Of a DNA stretch of 50,233 bases, positions 45,787-50,233 are shown piece after piece; the stretch's first letter is position 1, and the number at the start of each line of letters is the position of its first letter. The notes beneath the pieces are model-generated. The model worked only from the letters and a program-made list of their open reading frames with translations, made no database searches and was not told the origin of the DNA. The position numbers were made by a program, and so were the translations under genes. This DNA comes from a bacterium. Its GTDB lineage: Bacteria > Patescibacteriota > Minisyncoccia > UBA6257 > GWB1-50-10. Location: the NCBI GenBank assembly GCA_021811055.1, contig JAJZPU010000001.1, positions 1 through 50,233 on the forward strand. Reading direction: 5' to 3'.

Positions 45787-46302
45787 ATGGAACTCAACAA
45801 AGAAAAGTTTGAAACACTCCTTCAAAAAGTGGAGGAACTGAAAAAAAGCAGCACCTTCGATCTTTCCCGGGAGGAGGATCTGAGTATTGCGGTGATGAAC
45901 CTTATAAGTCTCGAGGAACATTTCTTTTTTACCGCGGAAAAAACGAAAAACAGCGACTATATCGGTCTTCTTGAGGAAACACGCGAAATACGAAAATCAC
46001 TCCTTGCGGAAATGATTCCCGTGCATGAGGGCGAGACGTGGTGTATTTCAAAGCATCTTCTTGCCGCATCTATGCGGATCATGGAAGTTGCGACAAAACT
46101 GCGCTCCGACGGAAAGAAGGAGGAAGCGGAAGTAATGTTCGAAAAAGCATATCGCGTCTACGCGATGTTTTGGGGAATTCGTCTCAAACTCATAGATCTC
46201 TCGGGTGTGAAAGCGAAAGAGAACGGAATTTCGGGAAATGAAAAAAAACCATGGACGGCGGAAGATATTGTCGAGAAGCTGGTAGATTGTTGCAAAGAAT
46301 AA
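45787..46302 (+). CDS. Hypothetical helical protein with Cys/His motifs
   Basis: MNLISLEEH, WCISKHLL, C-terminal DCCKE; sits between the CcdA-like and thioredoxin-like genes. Confidence 0.75.
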   Translation: MELNKEKFETLLQKVEELKKSSTFDLSREEDLSIAVMNLISLEEHFFFTAEKTKNSDYIGLLEETREIRKSLLAEMIPVHEGETWCISKHLLAASMRIMEVATKLRSDGKKEEAEVMFEKAYRVYAMFWGIRLKLIDLSGVKAKENGISGNEKKPWTAEDIVEKLVDCCKE

Positions 46303-46310
46303 AATAATTT

Positions 46311-46679
46311 ATGAAGAAAAAAAACATTTTACCGATCGTTATTCTCGTGTTGGGAATCGGAATATTGCTTACACTTGTGATATATCCACTCATACAAAAC
46401 AGCCGAAAAAATTTAGACGGGTTTGCCCAATGTCTTCGCGACAAAGGTGCGGTGATGTATGGGGCGGAATGGTGCTCGCATTGTCAGGACCAAAAGCGGC
46501 TTTTCGGGGATTCTTTTCGGTATGTTTCGTACGTTGAGTGTCCGGAAAACGCACAACTATGCATCGAAAAGGGTGTCGAAGCGTATCCTACATGGATTTT
46601 TGCCGATGGGAATAAGTTCGTGGGAAAACAGGAGCTCGAAGAACTTTCTCTTAGGAGCGGATGTCCGTTGCCCCAATAA
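46311..46679 (+). CDS. Membrane-anchored thioredoxin-fold protein
   Basis: TM, MYGAEWCSHCQDQK..FG, YVEC, C...GV..YPTW (cis-Pro), SGC; resembles VKOR-associated Trx domains. Confidence 0.85.
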   Translation: MKKKNILPIVILVLGIGILLTLVIYPLIQNSRKNLDGFAQCLRDKGAVMYGAEWCSHCQDQKRLFGDSFRYVSYVECPENAQLCIEKGVEAYPTWIFADGNKFVGKQELEELSLRSGCPLPQ

Positions 46680-46688
46680 CAAGATGGT

Positions 46689-47984
46689 ATGAAAATAAAA
46701 AATTTCGAATATATCGCATCTTCTCCTGAAAGAAAGGCGGCGCTCGAAATTATCGAAGAGGGGCTTCAATCGATCAATACACGTGCCGTGGTGCGACGTT
46801 CCGTGCAACAATTTGGAGATAAGATCGTTGTTGCGGGAGAAGAAGTGGTGTTGCAAAAACAATCGCGAATATTTTTGGTGAGTATAGGGAAGTGCGCTCT
46901 TGAAGCGGCGCAGGAAATAGAAAAAATAATAGGAAAAAATATACATGCGGGAATCGTGATAGACGTGCATGAAGGAGTGTTGGATCATCCGGGAATACAG
47001 CTCTATGTGGGGGATCATCCGTTTCCTTCGGAGAGGAATATATACGCCACAAAGGCGATGATCGAGATGCTTTCCAATATGACGGAAAAAGACGTCGTTA
47101 TCGCGATAATTTCCGGTGGTGGTTCGTCTCTTTTATGTCAGCCGGAGAACCTTACGTGTTTTGAGGAGAAAGAAATAGTGGAGAACCTTTTTCGCAGCGG
47201 TGCCTCCATAGAAAAAGTGAATACCGTCCGAAAACATCTTTCCCTTGCAAAAGGGGGGTATCTCGCGAAGTACGCGTATCCCGCGCGTCTTATCTCGATG
47301 ATTTTTTCCGACGTACCGGGAAACAACATAGAATTTGTCGCATCCGGTCCGACGGTGCTTGATACCACGACCGTGAACGACGCGAAAAAGATATTTGCCG
47401 AATTTAAGCTATCGGATCAATGCGCGTTTGCCGAGAAGGGGCTTGTCGAAACACCAAAGGATGAGAAATTTTTCAATAACGTAAAAAACATAATAGTGGT
47501 TTCAAACGAAATAGCGTTGAACGCCATGAAGGAAGCGGCACGTGCGCGGGGATACAATCCAACGATACGCACCAAGTCGTTTTCGGGACACGCGCGTCAT
47601 ATCGGCGCAGGGATAGCGAGCGAATTAAAGACGGTTTCTCCGAACTCCATGTTGCTCTATGGAGGGGAGAGTACGGTGGTGGTAAAAGGAGCGGGGAAGG
47701 GCGGACGGAATCAGGAGGTGGCGCTTTCCGCGCTTCGCTTTTCGAACGATGACGAAATGATAATTTCCATCGCATCGGATGGAAAAGACAATACGGAATT
47801 CGCAGGTGGAATTTGTGATATAATAACAAAAAAGCACGCCGCCGAATTAGATCTCGATATCAGGAAATATTTGGGCGAAAACAATTCGTTCGAGTTTTTC
47901 AAGCGCACGGGAGATTATATCGAAACGGGTGTTACCGGATCAAACGTGTCGGATCTGGTGTTGGCGGTGCGTTTTAAAAAATAA
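46689..47984 (+). CDS. Glycerate 2-kinase (MOFRL/DUF4147 family)
   Basis: SIGK, GDHP.P, ISGGGSSL, RKHLS..KGG, SDVPG..ASGPT, GGES, GKGGRNQE, ASDG.D, TG.TGSNVSD. Confidence 0.92.
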   Translation: MKIKNFEYIASSPERKAALEIIEEGLQSINTRAVVRRSVQQFGDKIVVAGEEVVLQKQSRIFLVSIGKCALEAAQEIEKIIGKNIHAGIVIDVHEGVLDHPGIQLYVGDHPFPSERNIYATKAMIEMLSNMTEKDVVIAIISGGGSSLLCQPENLTCFEEKEIVENLFRSGASIEKVNTVRKHLSLAKGGYLAKYAYPARLISMIFSDVPGNNIEFVASGPTVLDTTTVNDAKKIFAEFKLSDQCAFAEKGLVETPKDEKFFNNVKNIIVVSNEIALNAMKEAARARGYNPTIRTKSFSGHARHIGAGIASELKTVSPNSMLLYGGESTVVVKGAGKGGRNQEVALSALRFSNDDEMIISIASDGKDNTEFAGGICDIITKKHAAELDLDIRKYLGENNSFEFFKRTGDYIETGVTGSNVSDLVLAVRFKK

Positions 47985-47987
47985 CAA

Positions 47988-50233
47988 ATGAAAAAAGAAG
48001 AATTATTTGTATTGCCGTTCGAGGAGGTCGACATAAAAGACATCGCATTGGTGGGGGGAAAAAATGCGGCGTTGGGAGAAATGTATTCGGCACTTACGCC
48101 GAAAGGGGTGAATGTTCCCGGAGGGTTTGCGGTGACTGCCGCCGCGTACCGCCATTTTTTCAAGAAAACCGGGCTCGACAAAGAAATAAAGGAAATTCTG
48201 AAGGGACTCGACACGCATAATATCAGGGACCTGCAGGAACGGGGGAAAAAAGTACGGCGCACTATATTAAAAACAAAACTCCCGAAAGAAATCGAAGAGG
48301 CGGTGGTTGGAGCATACAGGGAAATGGAGAAAAAATACGGAAAGGGAGTTGATACCGCCGTTCGTTCTTCCGCAACCGCGGAAGATCTTCCCGGAGCATC
48401 GTTTGCCGGACAGCAGGAAACATTTCTTAACGTATCCGGAGTCTCATATATACTCGAAGCGACACGCCGATGCATTGCGTCCCTTTTCACCGATCGTGCG
48501 ATTTCCTATCGTTTTGATAAGGGATTCTCACATACCGATATTGCGCTTTCGGTGGGAATACAGAAAATGGTACGGTCCGATCTTTCGTCGAGCGGTGTTG
48601 CGTTCACCATAGATACCGAATCGGGATTCGATAAGGTCATTGTAATAAACGGCATTTACGGACTCGGAGAGTTCATTGTGCAGGGAAAAGTAATTCCCGA
48701 TGAGTTTATCGTATTCAAACCGTCACTCGAAGGCGGATATCGCGGTACGATCGCGAAAACATTGGGACAGAAAAATATAAAACTTGTATATAGTATGCTG
48801 GGAGGCACGAAGCAGGTGAATGTTCCCGCAAAAGACCAGGAGAAGTACGCACTCGACGAGAAGGAAGTGAAGACGCTTGCAACGTGGTGTCTTGAAATAG
48901 AGAAACATTTTTCGGCGCGACACGGACGGTTCCAGCCGATGGATATCGAATGGGCAAAGGACGGGAAAACAGGGGAGCTTTTCATAGTGCAGGCGCGTCC
49001 GGAAACGGTACGTTCGATCGAAGATAAGAATGTATATCGCGAGTATCGCATAAAAGGTACGGGGAATGTTCTAGTGCGGGGAATTTCCGTTGGATCGAAG
49101 ATCGGTACCGGCGCAGTGAGGGTAATTCGTGATGTGCGCGGCATACACGACTTCAAAAAAGGAGAAGTTCTCGTGACGGAAATCACCGATCCCGATTGGG
49201 AACCTATCATGAAGATCGCCTCGGCAATAGTGACGGATAAGGGGGGGAGAACATCCCACGCGGCGATCGTATCGCGTGAACTGGGAATTCCCTGTATTGT
49301 CGGATCGAATGACGCGACAAAGAAATTGAAAACGGGAAGCGTGATAACGGTTGATTGTGCGTCGGGTGAAGTGGGAAAGGTGTATGAAGGAAAAGTTGAA
49401 TTCTCCGTAGCGGAACACGAGTTGAATAAAATTCCGGAAACGAAAACAAAAATAATGGTGAATATAGGTTCTCCCGACGAGGCGTTCCATCTCCACAATC
49501 TTCCGGTAAAGGGTGTCGGGCTTGGGCGTCTCGAATTCATTATCGCATCCTATATACGCATCCACCCGAATGCGCTTATCGAGTATAAGGAGTTAAAACA
49601 AAAAGCGGCGCATTCGAAGGATTATAAGGAGAGATTGGCGTTACAGCACATTATAAAAACGATCGAAACACAGACGATCGGATACGAAGATAAGGCGCAA
49701 TTTTATATTAATGAACTTGCCGAAGGGATCGCGAAAATCGCGGCGGCATTCTGGCCACACGAGGTTATCATCCGCTTTTCCGATTTCAAAACAAATGAAT
49801 ATCGGAAACTTGTCGGCGGGGAATTGTATGAGCCGGAAGAGGAAAATCCGATGCTTGGATGGCGAGGCGCATCCCGTTATTATGATCCGAAATTCAAGGA
49901 AGCGTTCGGACTCGAATGCAAGGCAATGAAAATAGTGCGCGACGAGATGGGGCTCAAAAACGTGGTACCGATGATACCGTTTTGCAGGACGCCCGAAGAG
50001 GGGATGAGAGTTCTCGAAATCATGGCGAAACACGGACTCGAAAAGAAAAAGGACAAGACGTTCAAAACATATGTCATGTGCGAGATCCCGTCGAATATTC
50101 TGCGCGCCGACGAATTTCTGAAGATCTTCGACGGAATGTCCATCGGATCGAATGATCTTACGCAACTCACGCTTGGGCTCGACAGGGATTCCGGCATCGT
50201 ATCGAAGATCGCGAACGAAAAAGACGAATCGGT
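47988..50233 (+). CDS. ppsA: Phosphoenolpyruvate synthase (3'-truncated; absent from the ORF track)
   Basis: Manual translation gives MKKEELFVLPF..VGGKNAALGEM..VRSSATAEDLPGASFAGQQET..DIEWAKDG..QARPETV..GGRTSHAAIVSRELG..EENPMLGWRGA..SIGSNDLTQ; the frame runs off the window end. Confidence 0.96.
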   Translation, partial: MKKEELFVLPFEEVDIKDIALVGGKNAALGEMYSALTPKGVNVPGGFAVTAAAYRHFFKKTGLDKEIKEILKGLDTHNIRDLQERGKKVRRTILKTKLPKEIEEAVVGAYREMEKKYGKGVDTAVRSSATAEDLPGASFAGQQETFLNVSGVSYILEATRRCIASLFTDRAISYRFDKGFSHTDIALSVGIQKMVRSDLSSSGVAFTIDTESGFDKVIVINGIYGLGEFIVQGKVIPDEFIVFKPSLEGGYRGTIAKTLGQKNIKLVYSMLGGTKQVNVPAKDQEKYALDEKEVKTLATWCLEIEKHFSARHGRFQPMDIEWAKDGKTGELFIVQARPETVRSIEDKNVYREYRIKGTGNVLVRGISVGSKIGTGAVRVIRDVRGIHDFKKGEVLVTEITDPDWEPIMKIASAIVTDKGGRTSHAAIVSRELGIPCIVGSNDATKKLKTGSVITVDCASGEVGKVYEGKVEFSVAEHELNKIPETKTKIMVNIGSPDEAFHLHNLPVKGVGLGRLEFIIASYIRIHPNALIEYKELKQKAAHSKDYKERLALQHIIKTIETQTIGYEDKAQFYINELAEGIAKIAAAFWPHEVIIRFSDFKTNEYRKLVGGELYEPEEENPMLGWRGASRYYDPKFKEAFGLECKAMKIVRDEMGLKNVVPMIPFCRTPEEGMRVLEIMAKHGLEKKKDKTFKTYVMCEIPSNILRADEFLKIFDGMSIGSNDLTQLTLGLDRDSGIVSKIANEKDES

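Noticed and set aside
1..50233. Alternative genetic code (UGA recoding as in Gracilibacteria/Absconditabacteria)
   Set aside because: Conserved genes are full length under code 11, and TGA ends several at the expected position (trmH 14614, dnaJ 30005, mraZ 33475).

Overview
A 50.2 kb, almost entirely + strand housekeeping region from a small-genome bacterium using standard code 11. Gene content (short HrcA, stand-alone rplJ-rplL, split transketolase, DUF5654-like protein, expanded Cys-rich paralogues, GWISFNC-repeat protein) points by inference to Patescibacteria/CPR (Parcubacteria). In order: a 5'-truncated polytopic membrane (GT-C-like) gene; a 1371-aa Cys/Ser/Thr-rich surface protein; a cupredoxin-like gene; recR, dnaB and cysS on the - strand; two secreted proteins; an AT-rich island of self-contained expression units; trmH; DUF192; gap; an L,D-transpeptidase/S11 fusion; rpiB-rpe-tktN-tktC; rsmI; CIRCE-hrcA-grpE-dnaK-(membrane ORF)-dnaJ; L10 leader-rplJ-rplL; tRNA-Val; mraZ-rsmH-ftsL-ftsI-murF; tRNA-Glu; three more tandem Cys-rich paralogues; sua5; gpsA; a CcdA/thioredoxin module; glycerate kinase; and a 3'-truncated ppsA missing from the ORF track. 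I found no transposase, integrase, reverse transcriptase, CRISPR array or recognisable defence system. The most interesting signals are mostly non-coding: two unassigned multibranch RNA-like structures (15102-15349, 31069-31219), an ORF-less promoter-terminator unit (13414-13580), a tRNA-Glu-derived palindromic element, heptamer-array palindromes in three consecutive spacers, small palindromes inserted into RNA structures, and a window-wide leaderless promoter layout. A four-member Cys-rich paralogue family with conserved ends also stands out. All family assignments come from motif recognition by eye; no searches were run.
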